NCBI GenBank assembly: GCA_965200315.1
Contig: OZ241362.1
Location: forward strand, 4,704,001-4,768,000
Length of the DNA: 64,000 nt
Reading direction: 5' to 3'
Source: Candidatus Latescibacterota bacterium
GTDB taxonomy: Bacteria > Latescibacterota > UBA2968 > UBA8231
Shown here: piece after piece, positions 37,984 through 48,172 of the stretch
Position numbering within the stretch: position 1 is the first letter of the stretch
Layout of the letters: each line of letters starts with the position of its first letter
Made by a program: the position numbers and the translations under genes
The notes under the pieces: generated by a model
The model's input: the letters and a program-made list of their open reading frames with translations, nothing else
Told to the model about the DNA's origin: nothing
Databases searched by the model: none

Positions 37984-38284
37984 ACACCACCTTTCCTTCC
38001 TTCAGTGCCGGTTTGATAACCAGCGCATGGCTGTCCTTGTAACGCTCGACATCCGACGGAGAGACCACGATTGCATCTACCGCGGCACCAGCGCCGCGCA
38101 GATTCCGGTAAATTCCCGCCATGAGACGCCGTGCGTTACCGCCCTCCTTGATGACGAGCAGATCGACGTCGCTATGGCGGTTCATCTCGCCGCGAGCAGC
38201 AGACCCAAAGAGAATGATCTTCTCCGGTTGAGTCACCTCTACAATGCGCTGGATGATGTCGTCCAAAATGTGTTGGTCTAGCAT
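37970..38284 (-). CDS. Minimal nucleotidyltransferase (MNT) antitoxin
   Basis: IILFGSAARG...SDVDLLVI; start at ATG 38284 (MLDQHILDDII). Confidence 0.9.
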   Translation of the reverse strand: MLDQHILDDIIQRIVEVTQPEKIILFGSAARGEMNRHSDVDLLVIKEGGNARRLMAGIYRNLRGAGAAVDAIVVSPSDVERYKDSHALVIKPALKEGKVVYESA

Positions 38285-38320
38285 GGTGCTGCCTTTGGTT
38301 GGGCGTGTACGGCAAGTGCG

Positions 38321-38342
38321 GCCCGCTTGCGCGGGCATGACG
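38321..38342. repeat. REP-like palindrome
   Basis: gcccgc-ttgc-gcgggc followed by atgacg; minus strand reads CGTCATGCCCGCGCAAGCGGGC. Confidence 0.45.
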
Positions 38343-38425
38343 AGGGTGTGCGTTTTGCGCCGGCTTCTTAGACCCTGTTGGATTCTGGGTCAATATCGCG
38401 GACAGTGGAACTCATTGCGGCCTCC

Positions 38426-39109
38426 TTATCGGTTTGGATAACCGAGACAGCCTAATGACAGCAAAACAAATAAGAGCATTCCGTCAATAGTCGCAGCTAT
38501 ATGGCCCGATGATTGCGTCGCAAGTTCGAGGTTTTGCAGCAGCCTTTGCCACTGATCGACATCGTTTGTAGGTGGAACGCTGCCGCTCAGGACGCGGCCA
38601 AAATAATCGCGCAAATGACGCTGGTCGAGCGAATCGAGTGCCGGGCCGGGGACGGGCTTTAAGCCGTAGCGGAACACGCCGCCCTGTAGGTAGAGCCGTT
38701 CCTCTTCCTCGCGGCCCGCAGCGCGCGTAGTCGTTCCGACGCGCACCTGAATAATCCAATGGCCTCCGCGCTTGGCTTTGTATGGTTTATCCGGCGCATC
38801 CCGCGGAAGAGATATAATGCCGACAATTTTCCCGTTTCCCCAATCCACGGTCTCCCAATAGGGAATCGCCGCTGGCAAGACGTGGGTACGCGCCGTTTCC
38901 ATTACCCATTCTTCGACCTTGCGCGGCTCTCGGCTGAGGCCGGAAATCGACCCATCGTCCTCGACGCCGAGTACGATGTACCCGCCTTCCAGATTGAGTA
39001 GCGCTGCGATTTCCGTGGCGAGTTGTTCCGGGCGGAGATCGGCGCGCTTGAACGCCACGCCGGAGTTCTCGCCATTGCGAATTAGTTCGATCAAATCGGC
39101 TTTGTTCAT
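38426..39109 (-). pseudogene. Schlafen/AlbA_2 DNA-binding protein, C-terminally truncated (RecG-like ATP-binding domain missing)
   Basis: GENSGVAFK, AALLNLEGGYIVLGVEDDG and RVGTT motifs. Homology ends at TIDGMLLF, where this family normally continues into an HATPase-like domain. Confidence 0.65.
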
Positions 39110-39121
39110 GGTGCTTCAGAT

Positions 39122-42100
39122 TTAGGTGTAATTGGCTGCATCTTCCCGAACTTCCATCGGCTGCTTGAGAGTGTCAACGCTGAGCCAGTAGTGCTGCACT
39201 TTGGTGACTTCGCGCCATGAGAACCGGGCTGGGTCTTCGATCGGCTTTTGAAGCTCCGGCCTGCTGGCGCAATTAGTCACCACGTAGAGCCAGTAGCATT
39301 CGCGGCGATCTTCGGCGACGCGACGCTCATTCGGCGTCAGCAGAATGCTGCCGGTGGCCGCGGCGAGACCTTTTATCTCGATCAGCCGCAACTCGCCGGA
39401 CGCTAGATCGAGGCTGGTTATATCGTACCCAAGATTTTTCTCGTGGACATCTTCGACCTGACGACCTTGCGCGGTCTCGTACTCCATGACCACCCGCATG
39501 GCCGTCATTTCGGTTTCGGGATGTGGGCGCAGACGCCGGACATCGAGGGTCTCGCGTTCGGGATGGGGTAGGATCAAGGCGCTGGCAAGCCGCTCGACTC
39601 CCTGCAAGGTCAGTGCCCGCTGCCGCTCAAACTCATCGCGCCGACGGTCGCGGCGTGCCATCACCTCGGCATGGCGCGCTTCGGCCTGCGCGAAGCGACC
39701 CTCGGCACCGGTTGCGTTGTTCTTTCGCTCATCGTCGGCGCGGCCAATATCATCATCGGCCCGCTGTATAACCTCCGTCAAGGAGAGCTCGACGTGATCG
39801 GCAATGCGCTTGACTTCGGCCCGCCGCTCGGCGCGAACCTCTTTGATAAAAGGCACCAAGGAGTTTTCGTTGAGCCAAGCGGTCGCTTCTGGGAGAGCGG
39901 CTACTGGCGGCAGGTCGCTTGGAGCAGCAGTGGGACTGAGATTGCCGAGGACATCCGGCTCGCGGAGACAGGGAGAGCCGCCGTCCGTCAGTTCCACGGT
40001 AAACAACCGTTCGTGAACCACCTTTCCGAGACCATCGACGACCCGCGCCCGGTAGAAGTCGAGGCGCGCCGGTGCTGCGTGCGCCAGAGAATGAAAACAG
40101 GCCCCCTGGGCAAAGGTCTCTCGTCCGAGATTGAGACTGTGCCGACGCAGGGCCTCGAACAGGGGATGCCCTGGAGTCACCCATTCGAGGTTGTGCTGCT
40201 CTGCTGCCTCGCGGTCCGTTGACAAGCGCGGATAGCGCACCGCTAGCTCCGGGAGTTTCCAGTCCGAATTGTGCTCGTATTCCTTCAGCTTGGGCGGCGT
40301 CCGCCCCGGATCGAAGGTATGTGCCAAGTGGCTTACCGGCTTCAGAGTTAGGGCCGCGTGTTGGGCGCACTCCGCGATGAATCGCGCAATGGTCTCGGGC
40401 ACTACGCGCCGCTCTTGGGCCTTGGCCCGGCGCTCGACGAGCATGTCGAGGTTGAGCTTCTTGGAGGCCAACCCTTCGAGGGCCGTCTGGCAGATGGATC
40501 GGAAGTGGCCTTCATCTACATCCTGCAAGAGCCGCTCTTCAAGGTCAGAGTCCCCCAACTTCCCAGCATAGTAGTCCCGCAGTACGCGCTCCACGTGGGC
40601 GGACGGCAAGACTTCGCCGACCACGTTGAACACGGCGTCGTCGAGCGCGTCGCGGATCTCTTGGAGCTTGTCCAACAATCGCTGGAGCACCTGTCCCTCA
40701 ATGGTGTTGGTCGCCACGAAGTTGAAGATGAGGCAGTCGTGCCGTTGGCCGTAGCGATGGATGCGGCCCATGCGCTGTTCGAGCCGGTTCGGATTCCAAG
40801 GGATGTCGTAGTTGAAGAGGATGTGGCAGCACTGAAGGTTGATGCCTTCGCCAGCGGCTTCAGTAGCCACCAACACTTGGATAGCCCCTTCGCGGAACTG
40901 CTGCTCGGTGTAGAGCCGGCTGCCCGGTTCGTCGCGCGAGCCGGGCTTCATGCCGCCGTGGATGCAGCCGACGCGAAAGCCCCAGGCTTGCAAGTGCTCC
41001 ATCAGGTGGTTGAGGGTGTCCTTGAACTCGGTGAAGAGCAGCAGTCGCTGATCGGGCCGGTCGAAGAACCCTTCCTCCTGCATGATCTTCCGCAGATGTC
41101 CGAGCTTCGCCCCGCGGCCCGCGGCTTCGACGGCTTTGGCCTCTTTGGCAAACTGGAGTAATTCGCCGATTTCTTCGCGTATCTGCTCGGCGTTGCCGGC
41201 CAGCGTGATGGCCTCCAGCGTTTCCTCTAGACGCTCGCGCTCGGCGTCTTCCAATTCTTCTAGCTCTTCCAAGTCGGGCAGGTCCGGCGGTGCGGTCTTC
41301 ACCAACTCTTGGGCGCGCTTGAGACCCTCCTCCAGACGCCGAGCGCGGTTTTCGAGCGACCGCCGCATGGCGTAGGTGCTGGAGGCGAGACGCCGTTGGT
41401 ACAGCGACATCAGGAAACCGACCGCCCGAGCACGCGGATCGTCGCCTTGTGCGGCGGCGCGGGCACTCTGCCGTTTTACAAACCGCGTTATGTTTTGGTA
41501 AAGCTCGAACTCAGCACCCCCAATAGCGAACTCGGCGGTGTGCGGGATGCGTTTGGTAAAAACCGGCTTCGCCGCCCATGTTCCGTCCGTCTGGCACTCC
41601 GGGAAGTACACCATTGCCTCCTTGGTGCGCCGCAGGTAAAAGGGCGCTCGCCTCCGTTGCATGGCCTCGCGGATCGAACTCACGTCGGCGTAAGCGTCGC
41701 GGTCGAGCAGTTGTAGGAATAGCGTGAAGTTCTGAGGGTCGCCTTTGTGGGGCGTGGCGGTCAGCAGCAGCACGTGATCGGTGCGGTCGCGCAGCAATTC
41801 TCCCAGCCGGTAGCGCTGGCTCTTGTGGGTCTCGTCGCGCGCTGACATGCGATGCGCTTCGTCGATAATCACCAGATCCCAATGCACCTGTTGCAGGCCG
41901 GGCAAAACTTCGGTGCGCTTGGCGAGGTCGAGCGAGGTGATGATCTGTTTTTGCTCTAGCCATTGGTTGACGCCGAATTGATCGCGAATGTCGCTGCCCT
42001 TCATCACTAGGAACTTTTCGTCGAACTTTTCCTTGAGTTCGCGCTGCCACTGGAACGTCAGGTTGGCGGGGCAGACGACGAGCACCCGTTCGATGAGGCC

Positions 42101-42544
42101 CCGGAGCTTGAGTTCGCGGATCAAGAGGCCGGCCATGATGGTTTTACCAGCCCCTGCGTCGTCGGCGAGCAAGAAGCGTACGCTGGGCAGCTTGAGGAGG
42201 TGCTCGTACACCGCTTCGAGTTGGTGTGGTAGCGGATCTACGTGCGAGATGGAAAGCCCGAAATAGGGATCGAATTCGTAGGCGATGCCGAGCGCATAAG
42301 CTTGGAGGCCGATTCGCAAAAGCCGCCCGTCGCCTTTGTAGGAAAGAGCTGCGTCGGCGATGGTCAGGTTGGAAATATCAGTGGAAGAGAGCGCGACCAG
42401 ACGGAACTGCTCGGACTGTTGGCCGACGAGGCCAGCCTCTAGGTAATCAGTACCGTTTGCACGAACGGTTACTACTCGCATCGGCTCGCTGAACAGCGGG
42501 CCGGTCAGTATCTGCCCTTCGCAGATGGCGGATTCAACCATCAT
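39122..42544 (-). CDS. SNF2-family helicase with C-terminal DUF3883 nuclease-like domain
   Basis: LPHQ, LLADDAGAGKT, DEAH, TATPH, ATEAAGEGINLQ and QRMGRIHRYGQ motifs; C-terminal LGYDITS...IEIKG. Confidence 0.93.
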   Translation of the reverse strand: MMVESAICEGQILTGPLFSEPMRVVTVRANGTDYLEAGLVGQQSEQFRLVALSSTDISNLTIADAALSYKGDGRLLRIGLQAYALGIAYEFDPYFGLSISHVDPLPHQLEAVYEHLLKLPSVRFLLADDAGAGKTIMAGLLIRELKLRGLIERVLVVCPANLTFQWQRELKEKFDEKFLVMKGSDIRDQFGVNQWLEQKQIITSLDLAKRTEVLPGLQQVHWDLVIIDEAHRMSARDETHKSQRYRLGELLRDRTDHVLLLTATPHKGDPQNFTLFLQLLDRDAYADVSSIREAMQRRRAPFYLRRTKEAMVYFPECQTDGTWAAKPVFTKRIPHTAEFAIGGAEFELYQNITRFVKRQSARAAAQGDDPRARAVGFLMSLYQRRLASSTYAMRRSLENRARRLEEGLKRAQELVKTAPPDLPDLEELEELEDAERERLEETLEAITLAGNAEQIREEIGELLQFAKEAKAVEAAGRGAKLGHLRKIMQEEGFFDRPDQRLLLFTEFKDTLNHLMEHLQAWGFRVGCIHGGMKPGSRDEPGSRLYTEQQFREGAIQVLVATEAAGEGINLQCCHILFNYDIPWNPNRLEQRMGRIHRYGQRHDCLIFNFVATNTIEGQVLQRLLDKLQEIRDALDDAVFNVVGEVLPSAHVERVLRDYYAGKLGDSDLEERLLQDVDEGHFRSICQTALEGLASKKLNLDMLVERRAKAQERRVVPETIARFIAECAQHAALTLKPVSHLAHTFDPGRTPPKLKEYEHNSDWKLPELAVRYPRLSTDREAAEQHNLEWVTPGHPLFEALRRHSLNLGRETFAQGACFHSLAHAAPARLDFYRARVVDGLGKVVHERLFTVELTDGGSPCLREPDVLGNLSPTAAPSDLPPVAALPEATAWLNENSLVPFIKEVRAERRAEVKRIADHVELSLTEVIQRADDDIGRADDERKNNATGAEGRFAQAEARHAEVMARRDRRRDEFERQRALTLQGVERLASALILPHPERETLDVRRLRPHPETEMTAMRVVMEYETAQGRQVEDVHEKNLGYDITSLDLASGELRLIEIKGLAAATGSILLTPNERRVAEDRRECYWLYVVTNCASRPELQKPIEDPARFSWREVTKVQHYWLSVDTLKQPMEVREDAANYT

Positions 42545-43657
42545 TCCACCACGCGAAAAGCTCCCCCACCTCCATAGTCAGTTCGCGGCCCTGACCGCCG
42601 TCCTCGCGCACCGCGAGCTGGCCAGCCGCGTATTCGACCACGGCGACGCCAGCGAAGTCGGCGGGAATCGCCATGAGAAAGTTGGCGTAGGTAAAAACTT
42701 GGGTCTCGTCGGCGTCGATGAAGCGCAAAATTGGCCGACCAAATATGCGGCCCTTTTCCAACAACACCGGCCCGGGTTGGTGTAGGCCCGTAGTGCCAAA
42801 CTCCAAGCCGCGGGCAAAAGGCTTGCCGTCGCGGACGTGCCGCCAGGCGTCGAACCAAGGGTATTCCTCCATCGGCCAGATGTAGCCGAGCAGCAGCCCT
42901 TTGCTCGCGTTGATGGCCGTGGTCCAGCCGTATTTTTCCTCGATTATGTACGAGACGACTGCTGGCGAGGCGTCATCTGTCAGGTGCCGAATATCGACCT
43001 CGGTGCCGTCCTTTTTGAGTGCGGCGGGCCAGCGCACCTCCGGGTCTTCGGGCGTCGGCATGGGCGTTTCCTGCATAAAGCCGCGCGTACCGTTGGCGTC
43101 GACGCGGGTGCTCTCGTCCAAAAAGGGCGGCCCAATGGTCGGGTGCTGGACGATGTTGTACACGCGGCCCAAATGGCGGGTGTTGGTAACGGCCTCGGCG
43201 ACCGCAAAGACGGCCTGATCCTTCGCCATGCGAATTGAGCGCACGACCTCGAGGCTGGCCAAGGGTAGCTCGGCTGACATCTGGGCATGAGGTAGCCGTC
43301 TGCTGCGCGGACGTCCTCATCTATTGTCCACCACACGCGCGTGGCCTCGCCGTGCCAGCCCATGCCGTGAGCCTGCTCGGCTTCGGTGGCCGGTCCCCAG
43401 CGGTCGAGGCAGAGGAAGTGCCCCATGGAGCGCGGCTCTATGGGCGGTGCTTGGTCGGGGGTGTCGCCGAAGGACCAAGAGTCCCATTGCAGGGGATTGA
43501 GCGGGTTGCTTTTGAGGTGGAAGTCAGAAATGGAGCCACCGCCTAAATCGACGACGAGCATGGCTGCTTGGCCGTCGAGTACGAGGCGGGGGCGATCTTC
43601 GGCCGTGCTATGCGAAGCCGTCCAGAGGAGGGTAGTGAGGAAGAGGGGCCATCTCAT
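42534..43657 (-). pseudogene. Secreted galactose-mutarotase-like protein split by a single frameshift near 43290
   Basis: N-half starts at ATG 43657 with a signal peptide and AAGGAG RBS (GHFLCLDRWG, HGEA). C-half is in another frame (QHPTIGPPFL, YPW, RGLEFGT). Junction is ...tacctc/atgcccagatgtca. Confidence 0.7.
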
Positions 43658-43754
43658 TATAATAGGTGCTCCTTTTATGGGTGGGGATGGCAAACGGGGC
43701 TTAACAATACTAGAAATTGACAGCAGACAAAAGACGGCGGATGTTGTTTCTGGT

Positions 43755-45821
43755 ATGAGCGTTTTTCTAATCACCACCCTTTCTATCCTCGTCCTAAGCG
43801 GTTGCCAAGAACCGGCCGGCCGCTCAGCAGCGTTCCTCCAATCGTACTACCAAGGCTTGGATTTGCTGGAGCGCTATCGGCTCAGGGCGGCCGAACGCGC
43901 CTTTGCGCATTGCGTCCGGTTGGAACCCGAAGCCGCCGAGGGCTACTGGCAGCTAGGGAGGGTGCGGCTCGTGCAGGGGCGGATAGAAGAAGGCGTGGGG
44001 TTGCTGGAACAAGCGGCGGCACTAGACCCGGCATTGACGGCGGCGCGGTCGCTGGTGTTGGAGACGTTTTTGGGGCGGGGGAAAGAGGCACTCGAAGAGG
44101 GGCAGTTCGCGCCGGCGGAAAGGTATTTGCAGCGGGCGTTGGCCGTTGATCCCCAAGGATATGAGTCGCTCTACTGGGCGGCGATTGCTGCGCTGTGGCA
44201 GGAGGATTATGCCCGCGCCGATTCGATTTTGCAGCAGGCCGTGGCGCTGCATCCCGAGCCTCTGGAGTTGCGCTGGCACCGGAAGTGGGTGCGGGAGGCT
44301 CTGGGGCGGCCGGCGACCGGGGAGTTTGCTGACGCCGTGCCGCAGGGGACTATCAGTGGGCGGTTTAGCGAGATCAGCGTCGCGGCTGGGGTCGATAAAT
44401 TCGACGGCGGCCGCGCCAGCGCTTGGGCCGACTACGACGGGGATGGGGACCTCGACTTGGTCGTCATCGGCCATCCCGAGCTGGCGTACTTCCGCAACGA
44501 CGGCGCACGCTTTGCCGAGCGGACGCCGGCCTCCGGCTTGATGCTGCCCAACGGCGGGATCGGGGTACAGACGGCCGACTACGACAACGACGGGGACGCC
44601 GATGTATATGCGACGCGCGACGGGTGGTTTGGCGGCGGCGCGAATGTGCTCTTCCAAAACGATGGCCGGGGCGTCTTCGCCGATGTGACGGAAGCGTCGG
44701 GCACGGGCGATCCGGGGTCGAGCTTTTGTGCCGCGTGGAGCGACTTCGACCGCGATGGCTATCTCGACATGTACGTGGCCAACGGCACGGGCGCGACCGG
44801 CGATTCGACCAATGTGCTCTATCGCAACCAAGGCGACGGCACTTTTGTCGATGCGGCGGAAGCCGCGGGGGTGGCGCACAGGGGGCAGGCGTTGAGCACG
44901 GCGTGGGGCGACTTTGACGGCGATAGTTGGCCCGATCTGTACGTGTGCAATTTTACCGAACCGAACGTGCTCTTTCGCAATCGGAGCAACGGTGAGTTTG
45001 TCGATCAGACGAAAGCAGCCGGTGTAGGTGCCGAGCACATCGACGGCTTTATAACGTTCGTCCTCGACTACGACAACGACGGTGCGCTGGACATCTTCGT
45101 GGGCAACTGGAGCCAGTACCCGGTGGTGCTGGCTGATCGGGTCGCCGGAAAATCGACGAGCGAGCGGGACCGACCGGTGCTTTTTCGCAACAAGGGAGAC
45201 GGCACCTTCGCCGATGTGACGGAAACAGCCGGGCTAGAGCGAGCGCTGGGCACGATGAGCGGCGTTCCTGGCGATGTGGATAACGACGGCTGGGTAGATA
45301 TCTACCTCGGCAACGGCGGGCCGCAAATGGGCCGGCGCGAGCCGGATGTGCTTTACCGCAATCGGGGGGACGGCACCTTTGTCGATGCGACAGAAGCTGC
45401 CGGGCTGGGGCACTTGGGCAAATCGCACGGCGTTACTTTTGCCGACTACGACCGCGACGGCGACCTCGACCTGTATGCGCCGGTGGGCGGTGCGCAGCGA
45501 GGCGACCAGTGGCCCAACGCCTTCTACCGCAGCGAGGGATTTGGCAATCACTACTTGGTGCTGGAGTTGGAAGGGGTCGAGAGCAATCGCGACGGGATTG
45601 GTGCCAAGGTGTGGGTGCATTCCGGCGAGCTGATGCAGTTTGCAGAAGTAGCTTCTGGATACAGCTTCGGCAACAGCAACAGCTTGGAGTTGGAATTTGG
45701 TTTGGGGCAACGGGTGCGGGCCGACCGCATCGAGGTGGCGTGGCCTAGTGGACAGGTTGATGCGTATCGGGACGTTGAGGCCGATCAGCACTTGGTGCTT
45801 AGGGAGGGGGAGACGCGGTGA
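43755..45821 (+). CDS. Lipoprotein with N-terminal TPRs and CRTAC1 (FG-GAP + ASPIC/UnbV) domain
   Basis: Start moved to ATG 43755 (lipobox LSGC); TPRs, DYDNDGD repeats and SNRDGIGAKV...FGLG...WPSG. Confidence 0.88.
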   Translation: MSVFLITTLSILVLSGCQEPAGRSAAFLQSYYQGLDLLERYRLRAAERAFAHCVRLEPEAAEGYWQLGRVRLVQGRIEEGVGLLEQAAALDPALTAARSLVLETFLGRGKEALEEGQFAPAERYLQRALAVDPQGYESLYWAAIAALWQEDYARADSILQQAVALHPEPLELRWHRKWVREALGRPATGEFADAVPQGTISGRFSEISVAAGVDKFDGGRASAWADYDGDGDLDLVVIGHPELAYFRNDGARFAERTPASGLMLPNGGIGVQTADYDNDGDADVYATRDGWFGGGANVLFQNDGRGVFADVTEASGTGDPGSSFCAAWSDFDRDGYLDMYVANGTGATGDSTNVLYRNQGDGTFVDAAEAAGVAHRGQALSTAWGDFDGDSWPDLYVCNFTEPNVLFRNRSNGEFVDQTKAAGVGAEHIDGFITFVLDYDNDGALDIFVGNWSQYPVVLADRVAGKSTSERDRPVLFRNKGDGTFADVTETAGLERALGTMSGVPGDVDNDGWVDIYLGNGGPQMGRREPDVLYRNRGDGTFVDATEAAGLGHLGKSHGVTFADYDRDGDLDLYAPVGGAQRGDQWPNAFYRSEGFGNHYLVLELEGVESNRDGIGAKVWVHSGELMQFAEVASGYSFGNSNSLELEFGLGQRVRADRIEVAWPSGQVDAYRDVEADQHLVLREGETR

Positions 45822-47188
45822 AGGGGCTGACCGCCATCGCGCTGTTGTTGGCTGGGTGCGCCGAGCCGGATGCGCCGACCGCGTACCGCCAAGCGCAGGC
45901 ACTGATTGGCGGCCGGCCGTTGCGGAGCTTGAGTCAGGCCGAGTTGGCGCAGGCCGAACGCCTAGCAGCGCAGGCGCGGGCCCTCGATCCCGAGCTGCAC
46001 GAGGCGGCCTTTGCGTTGGCGGCGCTCTACGCGGCGCGTGGTGCGTACGAAGACGCGACTGTGCTCTACCGCAGCCTAGTGGAGGCGCGTCCCGACGACG
46101 GGCGAGCCTATGCCGAACTGGGGCTTAGTCTAGCCTCCCAAGGACGCTATCGCGGCGCGTTGCGCGCCTATCAGGATGCCGTGCGCCGAGGCGAGAAGTC
46201 GGCGCTGATCTACGCACGGCTGGGCCATGCCTACCAGGCGCTCGGCCACTTGCCAGAAAATCTCCACGCGGCGCAGGCGGCCTATCGCGCCTCCCTACAG
46301 CTTGTGCCCGTGCAGGCAGAGGTGCGCTATCAGCTAGCGAGGGTAGAGGCGCGGTTGGGGCGAGACGAGGCGGCGCACACGCTGATGGAGCAGGCGCTGG
46401 ATGCCGCGCCCGAAGACCCTGGGATCCGGGCCGACCTCGCCGCGCTCTACAGAGAGGCCGGGCACCGGGAATTGGCCCGCGCCGCGCTGGTTGAGGGTTT
46501 GGCCGCACGCGACGGGGGGGGCGAGGAGGCTGTCTTGCACTACGAATTGGGTCGGCTGCTCTGGGAGGAAGGGGATGGCGTGGGGGCACTGGCGCAGTTT
46601 GAACAGGCGCGGGTCGCCGACCCCGACCTGTACCCCGTTTATCGCTATCTCGGTTTGATCCACAGCGCAGCGGGGCGGCTGGACTCGGCCTTGGCCGCGT
46701 TTGTCGAGTTTGCCGACCGACAGCCTAGCCATGCTGCTGCCCAAGTAAGCATCGGCATCGTCCATAGCCGCCTGGGTGCGCTCGATGCGGCGGAAGCGGC
46801 GTTTAAGGCGGCGCTCGCCTTGGGAGGTACGGAAGGGGACGCGGCTTTGAAGTTGGGTGGGCTATACGTGCATCAGCGGCGGTTGCGGGCGGCCGTGCAG
46901 GTGTTCAAAGAAGCCACGGCCGCCTATCCGCATCACGCCGAGCTTTTTGCGTCCTTGGGCGATGTCTATCGGCAGTTGGGCTTATTTGCCGCGGCCGTGC
47001 AGGCCGGCGAGGAGGCCGTCCGGCTCGAACCCGAGCGGGCGCTGTGGCGCTTCCACCTCGCCTCGACCTACGAGCGATTAGATTCCGACCAAGCGCGGGC
47101 CGAGTGGCGCGTGTACATGGCGTTGGCGGAGGAGGACGAGCGCGAGGCGCAGCGGCTGGCCCACGTAAAATTAAAAATTAAGAACTGA
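45818..47188 (+). CDS. TPR-repeat lipoprotein
   Basis: Lipobox LAGC; continuous TPRs; GTGA overlap with the upstream gene. Confidence 0.87.
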   Translation: MKGLTAIALLLAGCAEPDAPTAYRQAQALIGGRPLRSLSQAELAQAERLAAQARALDPELHEAAFALAALYAARGAYEDATVLYRSLVEARPDDGRAYAELGLSLASQGRYRGALRAYQDAVRRGEKSALIYARLGHAYQALGHLPENLHAAQAAYRASLQLVPVQAEVRYQLARVEARLGRDEAAHTLMEQALDAAPEDPGIRADLAALYREAGHRELARAALVEGLAARDGGGEEAVLHYELGRLLWEEGDGVGALAQFEQARVADPDLYPVYRYLGLIHSAAGRLDSALAAFVEFADRQPSHAAAQVSIGIVHSRLGALDAAEAAFKAALALGGTEGDAALKLGGLYVHQRRLRAAVQVFKEATAAYPHHAELFASLGDVYRQLGLFAAAVQAGEEAVRLEPERALWRFHLASTYERLDSDQARAEWRVYMALAEEDEREAQRLAHVKLKIKN

Positions 47189-47305
47189 TGTTCCGCAGCC
47201 TTCCGCAGCGTCTGCCGCTTGCGGCCTCACCTGTCGTCATTCTCGCGCAAGCTGGAATCGAGCGGGGAGGGGTTGGCTGATTCCCAATTCCAAAGGTGAT
47301 ATTCT

Positions 47306-48172
47306 ATGATTGACCTAGTGGCTTTTGACCTCGACGGCACGGTGCTCGACTCAGAAGGGCGGCTGGCGGCTTCGGCTGTGGCGGCCATCGAGGAGCTGAT
47401 TGGGCGCGGCATCCCCACAGCCAGCATTAGCGGGCGCAGCATCCGCCGTGGCCAATACCCTTTTGCGGCCTACCCAGCACTGGCGCGGGCGCTCTACATA
47501 GGTGGGTACAATGGCTCGGTGGTGCTCGGCCCAGGCGAGGGGGCGGAGCGAGAAGTGCTGCGCGAGGAGCGGTTGGACGAGGCGTCCTTTGCCCAGATAG
47601 TTGAATACGGGCGTGCAGAGGGGCTAAACCTGATCTACTGTCTGTTTGAACGCACGGCTGAGGGGGTCGCCGAGGAGTATCGGTTCGTCCGGCCCATGGA
47701 TTACCTCGAATCGTTTGAGGAGCCGGGCATGGTGCGCGACGGCGATCTGTATGCACGCTGCCAGAGCGGCGAACTGGGCACACCACCCAAGGTCATGCTG
47801 GAAGTAGAACCGGAGCGGCGAGAGCGGCACATCGCCGCTATTGAGGCACTGTGCGGCGATCAGCTATATGTGGCTTGGGCGCATCCCGGGATGGTGGAGT
47901 TTATGCGCCGGGGGGTGAATAAGGGCGTGGCCTTGCGGGCGCTGACCGAGCGGGTGGGCGGGCGCGCCGAGCGCGTCTTGGCGATAGGGGATGCGAACAA
48001 CGACTTGCCCATGTTGCGAGCGGCGGGAATCGGGGTGTTGCTGGGGAATGCAAAGGACGAGGTAAAGGCGGCTGTGGCCGGGGATGGGGTGCGGATTGGA
48101 CCGAGTTTTGCCGAAGATGGATTTGCCAAGATGGTGCGGGAATACGCGCTGGATGGACAGGAGCCGGAATGA
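47306..48172 (+). CDS. Cof-type HAD-IIB hydrolase
   Basis: FDLDGTVL, SGR, NKG and IGDANNDLPML motifs. Confidence 0.92.
   Translation: MIDLVAFDLDGTVLDSEGRLAASAVAAIEELIGRGIPTASISGRSIRRGQYPFAAYPALARALYIGGYNGSVVLGPGEGAEREVLREERLDEASFAQIVEYGRAEGLNLIYCLFERTAEGVAEEYRFVRPMDYLESFEEPGMVRDGDLYARCQSGELGTPPKVMLEVEPERRERHIAAIEALCGDQLYVAWAHPGMVEFMRRGVNKGVALRALTERVGGRAERVLAIGDANNDLPMLRAAGIGVLLGNAKDEVKAAVAGDGVRIGPSFAEDGFAKMVREYALDGQEPE

Larger units (their letters stand above)
28454..42544 (-). other. Defence island: SNF2 helicase-nuclease / DUF1156 methyltransferase / DUF499 ATPase core with nested AAA-DUF4276, MNT-HEPN and AlbA cassettes
   Basis: Contiguous co-directional block of defence-type genes, several translationally coupled. 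No integrase, transposase or tRNA seen. Confidence 0.85.

Noticed and set aside
43386-43754. N-terminal extension of the TPR-CRTAC1 ORF
   Set aside because: It overlaps the divergent gene; the lipoprotein signal begins at 43755.
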